A stretch of DNA of 47,250 nucleotides from Cyanobacteria bacterium auto_48_18 (GTDB lineage: Bacteria; Cyanobacteriota; Vampirovibrionia; Obscuribacterales; Obscuribacteraceae), in NCBI GenBank assembly GCA_036170915.1, contig JAVHQC010000027.1:1-47250 (forward strand), read 5' to 3'. Under the pieces are notes generated by a model. The model searched no databases, had not been told where the DNA came from, and saw only the letters and a program-made list of their open reading frames with translations. The first letter of the stretch is position 1; every line of letters starts with the position of its first letter. Positions 20,393 through 30,921 of this stretch are shown in pieces. Made by a program: the position numbers and the translations under genes.

Positions 20393-21340
20393 ATGGAACC
20401 ATTAAGAATAAAGTGCCTCGAGAACAAGACCGGAGCCGATGGCTCGATTTACGGTAAGTTCGTCATTGAGCCTTTAGAAAAAGGCTATGGCACCACTCTT
20501 GGTAATGCCATCAGAAGAGTTCTACTTTCTTCACTTGATGGTTCTGCCGTTACAGCTGTAAGAATTGAAGGCATCACTCACGAATTCACCACCGTTCCTG
20601 GTGTAGTTGAAGACGTGATTGATATCATGCTCAACCTCAAAGGTCTTGTCGTGAAGACCTTCAGCAACGATCCACAATATTTGCATTTAGATATCGATAG
20701 ATCTGGTGCTGTCACCGGCCGCGATATCATGTGCCCAGCCGATGCCACCATCATCAATCCAGATTGGCAGCTTTGCACACTGGCCGAAGGCGGACGCATC
20801 CGCGCTGAAATCACTGTTGAGCGCGGCAGAGGATACGTTCCTGCTGATTCACACAGCCACTACAAACAAGCCATCGACGTGCTCCCTATCGATGCTGTGT
20901 TTATGCCTATTCGCAAAGTCAGCTATAACGTTGAACCAACTCGCGTTGGCGAATCAACCGACTTTGACAAACTGACAATCGATCTCTGGTCCAATGGTTC
21001 GATGGACGCTACTGAAGCAATTTCACAAGCTGCCCGTCAAATCATTGAACATCTGTTGCCCATTGCCGAACTTTCCGGGAAGCCAATGGTGCCGGCTGCT
21101 ACTCAGCCTCAACAGCAAGATGGAAAACATAGTTCCATCTCAATCGAAGAGCTCGAACTTTCAGTCAGAGCTTACAACTGCTTGAAGAGAGCCAATATCA
21201 ACTCTCTTGGTGAACTGCTCAAACTCTCATACGACGATCTGATGAATATCAAAAACTTTGGTAAGAAATCAGCTGACGAAGTAATAGAGCGTTTGCGTCA
21301 ATTCGGCCTCACCCTGGCCGATACACCAAAAGACAAGTAA
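20393..21340 (+). CDS. rpoA: RNA polymerase subunit alpha
   Basis: EPLEKGYGTTLGNAIRRVLLSSL, LSVRAYNCLKR, NFGKKS. Start set to ATG20393 behind GGAG (alternative 20333). Confidence 0.98.
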   Translation: MEPLRIKCLENKTGADGSIYGKFVIEPLEKGYGTTLGNAIRRVLLSSLDGSAVTAVRIEGITHEFTTVPGVVEDVIDIMLNLKGLVVKTFSNDPQYLHLDIDRSGAVTGRDIMCPADATIINPDWQLCTLAEGGRIRAEITVERGRGYVPADSHSHYKQAIDVLPIDAVFMPIRKVSYNVEPTRVGESTDFDKLTIDLWSNGSMDATEAISQAARQIIEHLLPIAELSGKPMVPAATQPQQQDGKHSSISIEELELSVRAYNCLKRANINSLGELLKLSYDDLMNIKNFGKKSADEVIERLRQFGLTLADTPKDK

Positions 21341-21392
21341 AAACAGATAGACACTGAAACTGACACTGAAATTGTATTAGAAGGAATTTGTT

Positions 21393-21818
21393 ATGCGTCA
21401 CAGAGTACCCGGCCACCAGCTAGGCCGCCCAGCCGATCAAAGAAAAGCGGTTTTGCGAGCACTGGCTACTGAGCTTCTTCGCCATGACGAAATCGAAACT
21501 ACTCTTGCTAAAGCAAAAGCAGTTCGCGCCCATGCCGAAAGAATCATCACCAAAGGTAAGCATGGTCAAATTGGCGACTACAAAGCAATGCACGAAAAAG
21601 CTAAAGGCGGCGATAAAGAAGCTGCTAAAGAAGTCGCTCGTGTTGTGCACTTGCGCCGTCAAGTAAGCGGTTTCATTTACGACAAAGAAGTAGTGAGAAA
21701 AGTATTCGACACTATCGCTCCTAAGTATAAAGATCGCCAGGGCGGCTACACTCGCATCATCAAGATTGGACCTCGTCGTGGGGACAATTCCGAAATGGCG
21801 ATTATCCAGCTCGTCTAG
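21393..21818 (+). CDS. rplQ: 50S ribosomal protein L17
   Basis: MRHR, TTLAKAK, GGYTRIIK, RRGD. Confidence 0.98.
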   Translation: MRHRVPGHQLGRPADQRKAVLRALATELLRHDEIETTLAKAKAVRAHAERIITKGKHGQIGDYKAMHEKAKGGDKEAAKEVARVVHLRRQVSGFIYDKEVVRKVFDTIAPKYKDRQGGYTRIIKIGPRRGDNSEMAIIQLV

Positions 21819-21835
21819 TCTGTAAATAGAAATAA

Positions 21836-22612
21836 GTGCCACGCATCGCCCTCCTGCTTGAGTATTGTGGAAAGAATTTCCACGGCTCTCAATTCCAGGG
21901 GGGCGTTCGCACTGTACAGCACGAATTGGAAAAAGCCATTGCCGTACTGGCCAAAGGCGAAGTGCGAGTGCACATGAGTGGACGCACCGATACTGGTGTC
22001 AATGCCAGCGGGCAAGTTGCACATTTCAACTTTCCGGCCGAAAATTTATCGCAGGCCGATTTGCATCAGATGGCCTGGAGTTTGAACGGTATTATGCCGC
22101 GAGATTTGAGTGTCGTTTCCCTGGCTGTGGTCCCCGAAACTTTTCACGCTCGTCATAGCGCCACCAAAAGACAGTATGTTTATCGAATCTTGAACCGATC
22201 GCAAAGATCTGCCCTGTTAAAAGATACTCATTTGCACGTGCGTCAGCCGTTATCGCTAGAACCTATGCTGGATGCGGCTTCCCGCATTTTAGGTGACCAC
22301 GATTTCAGTGCGTTTCGCTCATCAACTACTTCCAATGCTAACCCTTCTTGCCGCATTTACCGCTCTGAATTATTGAATTTACGTGAAGGGGAGCTGGAAT
22401 ACTGGATAGCGGCTGATCACTTCGTGTACAATATGGTCCGCATTATTGTCGGAACCCTAATCGAAATAGGGCTCGGCAAAAAGGACGCGGAGAGTGTTTC
22501 TCATGCTCTTGAGAAAAGAGAAAGAGAGCTCGCCGGTCCTAACGCTCCCCCCTGGGGTTTGACGTTGGAATCAGTACAATACCCCAACGCTTTCAGGCTG
22601 TGGGAGCAATAG
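21836..22612 (+). CDS. truA: tRNA pseudouridine(38-40) synthase
   Basis: SGRTDTGV, FHARHSA, HDFSAF, YNMVRIIVG. Confidence 0.97.
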   Translation: MPRIALLLEYCGKNFHGSQFQGGVRTVQHELEKAIAVLAKGEVRVHMSGRTDTGVNASGQVAHFNFPAENLSQADLHQMAWSLNGIMPRDLSVVSLAVVPETFHARHSATKRQYVYRILNRSQRSALLKDTHLHVRQPLSLEPMLDAASRILGDHDFSAFRSSTTSNANPSCRIYRSELLNLREGELEYWIAADHFVYNMVRIIVGTLIEIGLGKKDAESVSHALEKRERELAGPNAPPWGLTLESVQYPNAFRLWEQ

Positions 22613-22633
22613 TTCCAGGAGTTAAAATAGATC

Positions 22634-23083
22634 GTGAAAACTTATTGCCCGAAACCAGATGATGTCGTAAGAGAATGGCTCGTAATCGATGCCGAAGGTA
22701 AAACTTTGGGTCGTGTGGCTAGTGAAGTTGCCAGTATTCTTAGAGGCAAACACAAAGCCGAGTTCACTCCTCACGTAGATTGCGGTGACTTTGTCGTCGT
22801 AGTCAATGCTGAGAAAATTGCCGTATCTGGTAAGAAAGAAACTCAAAAAATGTACAGACACCACTCTGGATTCCCAGGTGGATTCAAGGAAGAGAGCCTG
22901 GCTCACCTGAGAGCAAGAAGACCGATTGCTATTCTCGAAAAAGCAATTCGCGGCATGATGCCTCACAATCGCTTAGGCGATCAGCAATTCACCAAGCTCA
23001 AAGTTTATGTTGGTCCAGAACATCCACATGCTGCTCAGAAGCCAGCTGATTTCAAACTTCCAGAGCACGTTCTCGCTAACTAA
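22634..23083 (+). CDS. rplM: 50S ribosomal protein L13
   Basis: [22 protein letters not shown]. Confidence 0.99.
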   Translation: MKTYCPKPDDVVREWLVIDAEGKTLGRVASEVASILRGKHKAEFTPHVDCGDFVVVVNAEKIAVSGKKETQKMYRHHSGFPGGFKEESLAHLRARRPIAILEKAIRGMMPHNRLGDQQFTKLKVYVGPEHPHAAQKPADFKLPEHVLAN

Positions 23084-23123
23084 ATTGACCAGCCAATTCG
23101 CAATATAGGAAAAAAAGTTCCAA

Positions 23124-23522
23124 ATGACTAGCGTTATTCAGTACATCGGCACCGGAAGAAGAAAGTGCGCCACAGCCAGAGTGAGACTCATTCCTGGTAC
23201 TGGTGCAGTAACAATCAATGGCCGCACCATGGAAGACTACATCGGCGGCAGACCTGGTCTGGCAAAAGAAATTTACGCTGGTTTTGAAGCAGCTGACGCC
23301 ATGGGCAGATTTGACGTAATGGTATTAGTGCGTGGTGGTGGTATCGCCGGACAAGTTGGCGCTATTCGCCACGGTATTGCCCGCGCTCTTTCTGAAGCCG
23401 CTCCACAAAATCGTCCTACTCTGAGAGGCGAAGGTCTGCTTACTCGCGACCCCCGCATCAAAGAGCGTAAGAAAGCCGGTCGTAAGAGAGCTCGTAAACG
23501 GTTCCAGTTCTCCAAGCGTTAA
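23124..23522 (+). CDS. rpsI: 30S ribosomal protein S9
   Basis: GTGRRK, GGGIAGQ, LTRDPR, QFSKR. Confidence 0.99.
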   Translation: MTSVIQYIGTGRRKCATARVRLIPGTGAVTINGRTMEDYIGGRPGLAKEIYAGFEAADAMGRFDVMVLVRGGGIAGQVGAIRHGIARALSEAAPQNRPTLRGEGLLTRDPRIKERKKAGRKRARKRFQFSKR

Positions 23523-23558
23523 TTCGCTGCATTCAACTCAACATTCAATATGTTCAAG

Positions 23559-23590
23559 AAAAGCAGCCGGCTTCTCCGGCTGTTTTTTTT
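23559..23590 (+). terminator. Intrinsic terminator ending the ribosomal cluster (possibly bidirectional)
   Basis: AAAAGCAGCCGG-CTTCT-CCGGCTG followed by T8. Confidence 0.88.
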
Positions 23591-23674
23591 CTTGCCACTG
23601 TAAAAATTGCTGAGCTAGCAGAAATTGGAGATGCACCATGAAGCAATTGCTATGCAGGTGGCTTAGCTTCTAGT

Positions 23675-24031
23675 TTAGGGCAAGGGTGAGTTGTCTGACT
23701 CGTCGACTGTGACTTTGGCTTTAGGGCCAATCATTTCTGTATCTTGCCCGCCGATAATTCCTTGAGCACGGTACTTGTTTTGAAAGCGAAAGAGTGCGAC
23801 AAACGCCGACAGAGCAATGACCACGGTGGCTGTAATAAATGCCCAACCCCAGGCGGTTTCACCGTAGTAAACCAGAAAAACGCCGCCTGAAAAAATTACA
23901 CAGGCGATAAAAAGTGACAGTGGAATGTATAGAGCGCTGATTGATTGCCAGACTTCCGCCTTTTCAGCTGCCAGTGCGGCCGCTTTTTTGTCCTTTTCTT
24001 TCTGGTTTTCACTGAGACTGTCCACAGTCAT
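23675..24031 (-). CDS. Small two-TM membrane protein, unknown function
   Basis: Two hydrophobic segments; GAGGAG RBS before ATG; fills the gap without overlap. Confidence 0.75.
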   Translation of the reverse strand: MTVDSLSENQKEKDKKAAALAAEKAEVWQSISALYIPLSLFIACVIFSGGVFLVYYGETAWGWAFITATVVIALSAFVALFRFQNKYRAQGIIGGQDTEMIGPKAKVTVDESDNSPLP

Positions 24032-24150
24032 AATTCTCCTCAGGTTCGAGATCGAGAACCTGGCTTAATATTAGCACCAGGCTGCCTCAAGGCCGCTTAC
24101 CTCGGCTCACTTAACCATTAAAAGAATCGCTAGATGATACACTGAGGGCG

Positions 24151-25164
24151 ATGTCAAAGTTTCAATCTACTAAAACCGACACAGAAATGCACTGCCCGAA
24201 TTGCCTGCGGCCGGTCAAGAAAAATCTTGAATTCTGCCTCGAATGCGGTGATTTCGTGCAGCCATTTTCGGGCCGCGGCGATATTGACTCCACGCTCAAG
24301 GCAAGGCCGCTAAAGCGCCCCAGGCGGCCGCAGAATAACAAGATTAAAGGACCAGTACTGCTGACGGCCGGAGTTCTAGGAATTGCTTTACTGAGCTTAT
24401 TTGCTCTCACGGTTTATGAGTGTTGCACCAGCTATGATGCCGCACACAAAGATTTAGTCAGACTGGCGCAAAAATATTTAGCCAACGGCGATGAAGAAAA
24501 TGCAGTCAATGTGCTGGAGCGCAGTCTGCTGGAAGAAAAACATCCCAAGCAAGAACAAAGGCGTGTTTTACTCGATCAAGCACTTTATGCGCTGGCTACA
24601 AAAATGGCCGGTCAAGGTAAATATAGAGATGCCGTTACCTGCTACAGCCGCATCTCTCCTGCTTTTGATCGCCACGATGAAGTAGAAAAACTTATCGCTG
24701 ACTATTCTGACAAAGCTCTACCTCAGTTCTTTGTTCAATCAGGTCCTGCTCCTGAGGCAGTTGAAGTGGAATCGACCACGGCGGCAGCAGCAATTAAAGA
24801 CAAGAGCCGCAGTATGACCCGGCTGGAAAAAGCAGTGATGACAGCAGTGCCGTCCCCAACACCTAAGAGCACCACTGCTAATACCAGTACTGCTAATGCT
24901 AATAAAGTCACCGAAGCTGCCGACAAAGAAGTCGTTAAACCGATCGTAAAGGTAACTGAGAAAACAGATGCAAGAATAGAAAGAAGCAATCGCTCAGCTG
25001 CGCCGGTCAATGACCCGCAAGTCTCTTCCATGGCTCGGTACAACGAGCTTCTAGCCAATTATTTCGCTCACAAAAATAACAGCGCTACTGCAAAAGATGC
25101 GGAAACTCAAGCTGAGCCGCCTTCATATCAAGAGTGGGTCAAAGCCGGTACGAAAGATTTTTAA
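24151..25164 (+). CDS. Zinc-ribbon + single TM + TPR-like + Ser/Thr/Ala-rich protein
   Basis: CPNC...FCLECG, hydrophobic helix, TPR-like helices (QGKYRDAVTCY), low-complexity PSPTPKSTTANTST. Confidence 0.8.
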   Translation: MSKFQSTKTDTEMHCPNCLRPVKKNLEFCLECGDFVQPFSGRGDIDSTLKARPLKRPRRPQNNKIKGPVLLTAGVLGIALLSLFALTVYECCTSYDAAHKDLVRLAQKYLANGDEENAVNVLERSLLEEKHPKQEQRRVLLDQALYALATKMAGQGKYRDAVTCYSRISPAFDRHDEVEKLIADYSDKALPQFFVQSGPAPEAVEVESTTAAAAIKDKSRSMTRLEKAVMTAVPSPTPKSTTANTSTANANKVTEAADKEVVKPIVKVTEKTDARIERSNRSAAPVNDPQVSSMARYNELLANYFAHKNNSATAKDAETQAEPPSYQEWVKAGTKDF

Positions 25165-25166
25165 GC

Positions 25167-27425
25167 ATGAAAAAGCAGATCGCCAATTCATCCGCTCCAG
25201 TTGATCTAAATTTACGCAGCCGGCTCTGGACGGGTAGTATTGGAGTAGCTGTACTTTCTACTGTGTTGCTGGCACTTTGTTTAATCGCTCACGGTGCATC
25301 TCTTTGGAATGGTCTGGTACTGGGAGACTATTTTCAAATTCAGCCTTTTTACGGCATCGAGGCCAAAAAATGGCCCGAGTTCTGGATGGAACTCTTTACC
25401 GAAGGTTTCCTCCACCCTTTCGCCGCGCCGCTGACAAAAGTTTCTCTAGCTATTGATTATCAATCGGCCGGTGGTCAGCCTGCTATTTATCATGCTATCA
25501 ATGTGCTTTTACATGTTGGTTGTGTAATCAGCGCTTTTCTATTGTTAGCGCGCTTGAGCAGCCATTTCATAACATCTCAGAAAGTCAAAGATGATGCTAG
25601 ATATTCCCTTTTAATTCCTTTTGTTACCACTGCAATTTTTGCTGTTCATCCATTGACCAGTGACGCTGTGGCCAACATTGGTGGCCGCTCGGCACTTTTG
25701 ACTTTTTTCTGGTATGTGGTGGCACTGCATGCATTCCTAACCGGTTTTACGGCCACTTCTGTGGGCCTGGGTTTACTTGGTTATTTGTTTGCTTATCTTT
25801 TTATTGTGCTTTCCATATTCTCAGGCTGCCAGGCCATCACGCTGCCTTTTACGATGATCTTCATTGGCCTGTTGATTAAGCCCAGCGATGCATTGTGGAA
25901 AGATTGGATTTACGAACGCGCCTGGGAATTTGGTGCCATGACACTGGTGGCCATCGCGTTACCATTTCTCTTTTTGCTGAAAAGCGTGATGCCTGTGGGC
26001 ACAGGTCTTGGCTTGCCGGAACTACCACGCGAGATTTATCTTGCTACTCAATTTAAGGTTTTGCTGGTCTATTATTTGCGCATTTTTGTGGTGCCAGTTG
26101 CCCTGACAATTGCCCCTGTATACGCCATTGCCTCTGGCTTTGGCGATCCGCTGGCCATTGCCGGCATGCTTGTGGTGCTGAGCAGTTTAGCTTTGATGTA
26201 TCAGTTGCGACAGCGACCTTTTGTGGTGCTCGGTCTCTACCTATTTATCGTCGGTCTTCTGCCCCAGTCACTAGTTGTGCAACCAGAATATGCTTCGGCT
26301 GTGCGTTTCTACCTCTCTGGTTTTGGCTTGACACTGGCTGTTGCAGCGCTGGTAACACCACTTTTGCCTGTAGACTTGAGCAAACCCAATTTGCAGTTGC
26401 CGGTCAAAATCACCGCCGCGTTCGCCCTGATTATTGTGCTTCTAGCATCATTAGCCATCTGGCGCGACCGCGCTTATTCAACGAATAGCGCGCTTTTACG
26501 TGGGGCATTGCGGCTTGACCCCGCTAATGCAAGATTGCGTGGGCTGCTTGCATTTCTACTTACCACAGATAAAGGTCCAAACATAGAACGTGGTGCTATT
26601 GAAGCCAAGCGTGCTTTAGCAAAAGATGGCCAACTACCCACCGCTTATGTGGCGATGGGCACCTATAATCGCTGGCAGAAACATCATAAAGAAGCCACTG
26701 GTGATTTTGAGGCCGCACTTAGATTGGCTACTGAACAAAAACTTTCGCCGGAAATTATTCTCACTGCCAAGTCGGGCCTGGCTCAAGCTTTGGCAGACAG
26801 CAGCAGCAACAACCACCCTATCAAAGATCCGCCGAGAGTCAAAGAACTGGCAAAAGACGCTCTTGCACTTTACCCTAACGAACCGCGACTATATCTGGCT
26901 ATGGGCAAAGCGTTACTGGCTGAAAATCGCCCTGAGTCTGCAGAATTAGCTTGCCGCCAATTCGACCAGGGGCGGCGCTTCGATCGCCTTGATATTGATT
27001 TCACCGAGCCTTATGTTCGTGCCGCGCTGAACACCGGTTATCCTTTCAGATTTGATATCGCCTATGGTGCCGCACGTACCGCAGATAACATTATTCAATC
27101 TGATGAAACTAATTTGCTTTTAGCAAGAGCAGCGCTCGAGACCGGTCGCATTCGCAAAGGCATCGACATGATGAAACTCTATTTTTCTCACGCGCCTTCC
27201 CCCTCGGCTGAAGCCTATAAAGTCACCGCTGGTCTGGCTAAACAGCTTGGAGACAAGCAAGCGGCCGCTCAGTATATGGCTAAAGCAAGAGAAGTCGACC
27301 CTGACGTCGACAAGCATGTCAGACTCTTTATGACCGTGCCGCCGAAGCCTCTCAAAGACGACGATCTTGATACTCCAGGCTCCGCTGGCAGGGCGCTGCC
27401 TGATCCCATGCGTATAAGGAAGTAG
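25167..27425 (+). CDS. TMTC-like GT-C membrane protein with C-terminal TPRs
   Basis: YHAINVLLH, FAVHPLTSDAVANIGGRSALL, many TM helices, TPR tail (ALRLDPAN, ALYPNEP). ATG25167 follows the upstream stop. Confidence 0.8.
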   Translation: MKKQIANSSAPVDLNLRSRLWTGSIGVAVLSTVLLALCLIAHGASLWNGLVLGDYFQIQPFYGIEAKKWPEFWMELFTEGFLHPFAAPLTKVSLAIDYQSAGGQPAIYHAINVLLHVGCVISAFLLLARLSSHFITSQKVKDDARYSLLIPFVTTAIFAVHPLTSDAVANIGGRSALLTFFWYVVALHAFLTGFTATSVGLGLLGYLFAYLFIVLSIFSGCQAITLPFTMIFIGLLIKPSDALWKDWIYERAWEFGAMTLVAIALPFLFLLKSVMPVGTGLGLPELPREIYLATQFKVLLVYYLRIFVVPVALTIAPVYAIASGFGDPLAIAGMLVVLSSLALMYQLRQRPFVVLGLYLFIVGLLPQSLVVQPEYASAVRFYLSGFGLTLAVAALVTPLLPVDLSKPNLQLPVKITAAFALIIVLLASLAIWRDRAYSTNSALLRGALRLDPANARLRGLLAFLLTTDKGPNIERGAIEAKRALAKDGQLPTAYVAMGTYNRWQKHHKEATGDFEAALRLATEQKLSPEIILTAKSGLAQALADSSSNNHPIKDPPRVKELAKDALALYPNEPRLYLAMGKALLAENRPESAELACRQFDQGRRFDRLDIDFTEPYVRAALNTGYPFRFDIAYGAARTADNIIQSDETNLLLARAALETGRIRKGIDMMKLYFSHAPSPSAEAYKVTAGLAKQLGDKQAAAQYMAKAREVDPDVDKHVRLFMTVPPKPLKDDDLDTPGSAGRALPDPMRIRK

Positions 27426-27472
27426 TTAAGCTTCGCCTCCCGAATGGTTTCAAAGCAAACCACGAACTTTAT

Positions 27473-29650
27473 TTACCAGCCAGCCATACTTTCTTTCAGA
27501 GCACTAATTTCGTTAACAGGCTTCTGGCAGGTAAAATTTTGACAAATATAAACTGTGGTTTTGTCATCTATTGCCGGCCGGTCTTGCGTTAGAGTGAGAG
27601 CAGGGGCCTTGTTGGTCTCGCCATTCTGACTCACTGCCACCACTTTATTGGGGAAGTACTTGCCGTGCAAAGCAAACAATAATTCTTTGTCGCCCGCAGC
27701 CGGAATAATCACCGCAATTTCAGGACCGTCAAATAAATACATGTCCATGGCATTGAGCAAGTTAGCAAACTGGTCTGGCATGCGGCTTAAATGTGGGCCG
27801 TATAGACCAAATATTTCTTCTACAAGCTCAAGATATTTTTTGTTGCCGGTCAGTTTGTTTAATTTCAGCAGTACATTGGTGGCCACTGAAGTACCTGACG
27901 GCACAGAACCATCATAGTGACTGCGTGGTTTGACTACCAGTTCTTCATGATCTTGTGCGGTGAAGAAAAATCCGCCTTCTTTGTCATCTGTGAAATTCTC
28001 GATCATGGAATGGCACAGCTCGTCGGCAGCTAAGAGCCATATGGCATTGTCGTCTACGCTAGCGATATTAACTAGCGCCTCAATAAAATAGGCGTAGTCA
28101 TCGAGGCAGCCCTGCAATTTGACGATACCTTCTATATTATTGCTGGCACCATTTGTATTTACCGGTTGGCCCCAAACTCTCATCAGGCGATTTCCCACTT
28201 TCATTTTAGAAAGTAAGAAATTGGCTGCTTTAATGGCACGGTCGAGATAATCTTGTTTGCCGGTTGCTTTATATCCCTCTATATAAGCGGTGATCATCAA
28301 ACTATTCCAGCTGGTTAAAACTTTCTCGTCACGGGTCGGACGGATGCGCTTGGCACGGGCGGCCATAAGCTTAACTGCGCACAAGTCGATTTTTGTCCAC
28401 AGTTCATCTAATGGTGTGGTCAAATGTCTGGAGAGTTCTTCAGGCGATTTGCTCAGGTGCAAAATTGACGTGCCGTGTTCAAAGTTGCCTCTTTCACTAA
28501 CACCAAAAACTTCGTTGAACCAGTCGGCGTCTTCGCCTAACACCTGATTGATTTCGTCTGGTCTAAAGACATAAAACTTGCCTTCTTCACCTTCTGAATC
28601 GGCATCTAGACTCGAATAAAATGCACCGTCTTCGGTGGTTAGCTCGCTGCTGACAAAATTTAAAATGCCTTCTGCCACTCTAAGCCAGTAGGCGCGCCCG
28701 GTGAGCAAATAACCGTCAATATATGTTTTTGCCAGAAGTGCATTGTCATAAAGCATTTTTTCAAAGTGCGGCACCAACCACTGACGGTCTACCGAATAGC
28801 GAGCAAAGCCACCGCCGATTTGATCATGTATGCCGCCGTAAGCCATCTTGTCCAGGGTGGTTTCCACCAGCTCCAGGCACTCTTCTTTGCGACTAGCCGA
28901 CGCAGGCGACGTGTTGGCACAAGCGCGCATAGCAAGCTCAAGACTCATTGTATGGGGGAATTTCGGCGCACCGCCAAAGCCACCATAAGTGCTGTCAAAA
29001 TTGCGCAGTAATTTTTCTAAGGCTATATCTATAGTTTCACGTTTAACTACTGCTGCAAGCGATACCGGCGCTTGAGTGTCGTCTGCTTTTATTTTTTCCA
29101 TCATTTTTAAATGGTTGGAAAGCTCAGACGCGCTTTCTTGAATTTGATCTCGATTGTTTTGCCAGGCAGAGGCTACATTTTTCAGTACTTTCTTAAAGCC
29201 GGGTAGGCCATGGCGATCGTCTACAGGAAAATAGGTGCCACCAAAAAATGGTTTGCTCTGCGGTGTGAGAAAAACGGTCATGGGCCAGCCACCGTGGCCG
29301 GTCATTAGTTGAATGGCTTTCATATAAATTTCGTCAAGATCAGTACGTTCTTCTCTGTCGACTTTGATATTGACGTACAGCTTGTTCATCAAATCGGCAG
29401 TTTCTTGATCTTCAAAAGATTCATGAGCCATGACATGACACCAGTGACAGGCGGCATATCCGATTGATAGAAGAATGGGCTTATCTTCTGTCTTGGCTAG
29501 GGTAAGCGCTTCTTCACCCCACGGATACCAGTCAACCGGATTATGACAATGTTGCTGCAAATATGTGCTTGTTTCTTGGGCCAGGCGGTTTGGTTTTGTT
29601 TCAGAGCTGTGGGTGGCCGCACTCGATTTCTTTTTTTCCTTAGTCAACAC
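27473..29650 (-). CDS. YyaL/SSP411-family thioredoxin-domain protein (DUF255 + six-hairpin fold)
   Basis: [49 protein letters not shown]. Start likely GTG29650 or TTG29647 behind AAGGAG. Confidence 0.93.
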   Translation of the reverse strand: MLTKEKKKSSAATHSSETKPNRLAQETSTYLQQHCHNPVDWYPWGEEALTLAKTEDKPILLSIGYAACHWCHVMAHESFEDQETADLMNKLYVNIKVDREERTDLDEIYMKAIQLMTGHGGWPMTVFLTPQSKPFFGGTYFPVDDRHGLPGFKKVLKNVASAWQNNRDQIQESASELSNHLKMMEKIKADDTQAPVSLAAVVKRETIDIALEKLLRNFDSTYGGFGGAPKFPHTMSLELAMRACANTSPASASRKEECLELVETTLDKMAYGGIHDQIGGGFARYSVDRQWLVPHFEKMLYDNALLAKTYIDGYLLTGRAYWLRVAEGILNFVSSELTTEDGAFYSSLDADSEGEEGKFYVFRPDEINQVLGEDADWFNEVFGVSERGNFEHGTSILHLSKSPEELSRHLTTPLDELWTKIDLCAVKLMAARAKRIRPTRDEKVLTSWNSLMITAYIEGYKATGKQDYLDRAIKAANFLLSKMKVGNRLMRVWGQPVNTNGASNNIEGIVKLQGCLDDYAYFIEALVNIASVDDNAIWLLAADELCHSMIENFTDDKEGGFFFTAQDHEELVVKPRSHYDGSVPSGTSVATNVLLKLNKLTGNKKYLELVEEIFGLYGPHLSRMPDQFANLLNAMDMYLFDGPEIAVIIPAAGDKELLFALHGKYFPNKVVAVSQNGETNKAPALTLTQDRPAIDDKTTVYICQNFTCQKPVNEISALKESMAGW

Positions 29651-30836
29651 ATGCTCCTTCTTTATTGCGTTCTTTGCAAATGCGTTCGTAAGCCGCTTCC
29701 GTTGCTTCAACAGTTTTTTCCCAGGTTATTTTTTTTGCTGAAGTTGTCGCTTCAGCAGACAACTTTTTGAAAAATTCGTTATTGTCCATAAGTTTTTGCA
29801 TTAAAGTTGCCAGTTCGCCGGCGTTTAAATGGTCTTGCAAAATTAAGGCATCGTGATTGTCTTTCAGTACTTCGGCAACCCCGCACACTGCGCTGACAAT
29901 GGGCACAAGTCCATATTGCATTGCCTGAATTGGTGCCATGCCAAATGGTTCCATTTTGGACGGCAAAATTATGGCACTGGCCTGCTCGTAGACTGCCGCC
30001 ATATCTTTTTGATAACCAAGAAAAACTATTTCTTTGCTTATGCCTTGCGTGGTTAGCTGAAAGCGCTGCAAGGGTTTTTCTTTGAGACCGGCAATAAGCA
30101 GGCGAAAATTGCTGTGGCGTGCTTTTAAAATAGCGCAAGCAGCAAATAAAGTATCAAGCCCTTTTTTGCGAAAACCTTTGCCGACAAACAAAAATGTAAA
30201 TATAGACTGATTGGGCAGGGTTACTGCCTCGTCTTTTGCATCTTCAGTAGAACTAGGGCTGGCGCTCAGGCTAGCACCTAGACTCGCACCTGGATTAGCA
30301 ATGGCATATGGGGCGTCAGCGGCGAGATTATAGGTGTTATAGAAATCGTCTTTCATTACACCGGCTACAAAAATGCGCATGGCCGCCACCTGGCATAATT
30401 CGCGATCATATTTGTAGCGCAGTTTATAGGCGCGTACCGTGGCCAGCTTAAGATTATTGACCACACGCTCAATAGGATAGCCCACAAAAGAAAGGCGGCT
30501 GGCTGTGTGATTATGGAAAGTGACGGCGTCGGTTTTCTTGAGGGGGAAATGCTGCGAATGGACAATATCAAATGGTCCGTAAGATGCCACCGCATCTGAT
30601 GCCACCTGATGATAGTGTTCAATTTTCTGCCACTTACGTGCGCCTTTTTTTGGCGAACTAAATTTGTGCACAGTTAAGTTTTCATGACTGATTGCGCTGT
30701 CATCGCTTTCGCAAATAACAGTGATGCGGTGGCCTCTGGCTAGCAAGCCTTCAATTAATTTTAAAGCATAGAGTTCTAGCCCACCCTGGCTGGAGAACAA
30801 TCGCATAACAAAAGCTATATGGTAGCGCTGGGGCAT
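29640..30836 (-). CDS. Glycosyltransferase family 4 (GT-B)
   Basis: [31 protein letters not shown]. Confidence 0.92.
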   Translation of the reverse strand: MPQRYHIAFVMRLFSSQGGLELYALKLIEGLLARGHRITVICESDDSAISHENLTVHKFSSPKKGARKWQKIEHYHQVASDAVASYGPFDIVHSQHFPLKKTDAVTFHNHTASRLSFVGYPIERVVNNLKLATVRAYKLRYKYDRELCQVAAMRIFVAGVMKDDFYNTYNLAADAPYAIANPGASLGASLSASPSSTEDAKDEAVTLPNQSIFTFLFVGKGFRKKGLDTLFAACAILKARHSNFRLLIAGLKEKPLQRFQLTTQGISKEIVFLGYQKDMAAVYEQASAIILPSKMEPFGMAPIQAMQYGLVPIVSAVCGVAEVLKDNHDALILQDHLNAGELATLMQKLMDNNEFFKKLSAEATTSAKKITWEKTVEATEAAYERICKERNKEGACVD

Positions 30837-30921
30837 TCAATTAAAAACCGGTTGACAGCAGTCATTATCATATACATTAGTGTGGTTTGGAGACAAACTT
30901 TAAATGCGGGAAGCAGATTAA

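Noticed and set aside
21350..21371. GACACTGAAA direct repeat between rpoA and rplQ
   Set aside because: Two copies of 10 bp only, most simply local slippage.
1828..23515. Many short antisense or alternate-frame ORFs inside tuf and ribosomal genes
   Set aside because: They are shadow ORFs of highly conserved genes.
29651..29710. YyaL start at 29710
   Set aside because: It overlaps the GT4 gene by about 70 bp; an AAGGAG RBS favours 29650 or 29647.
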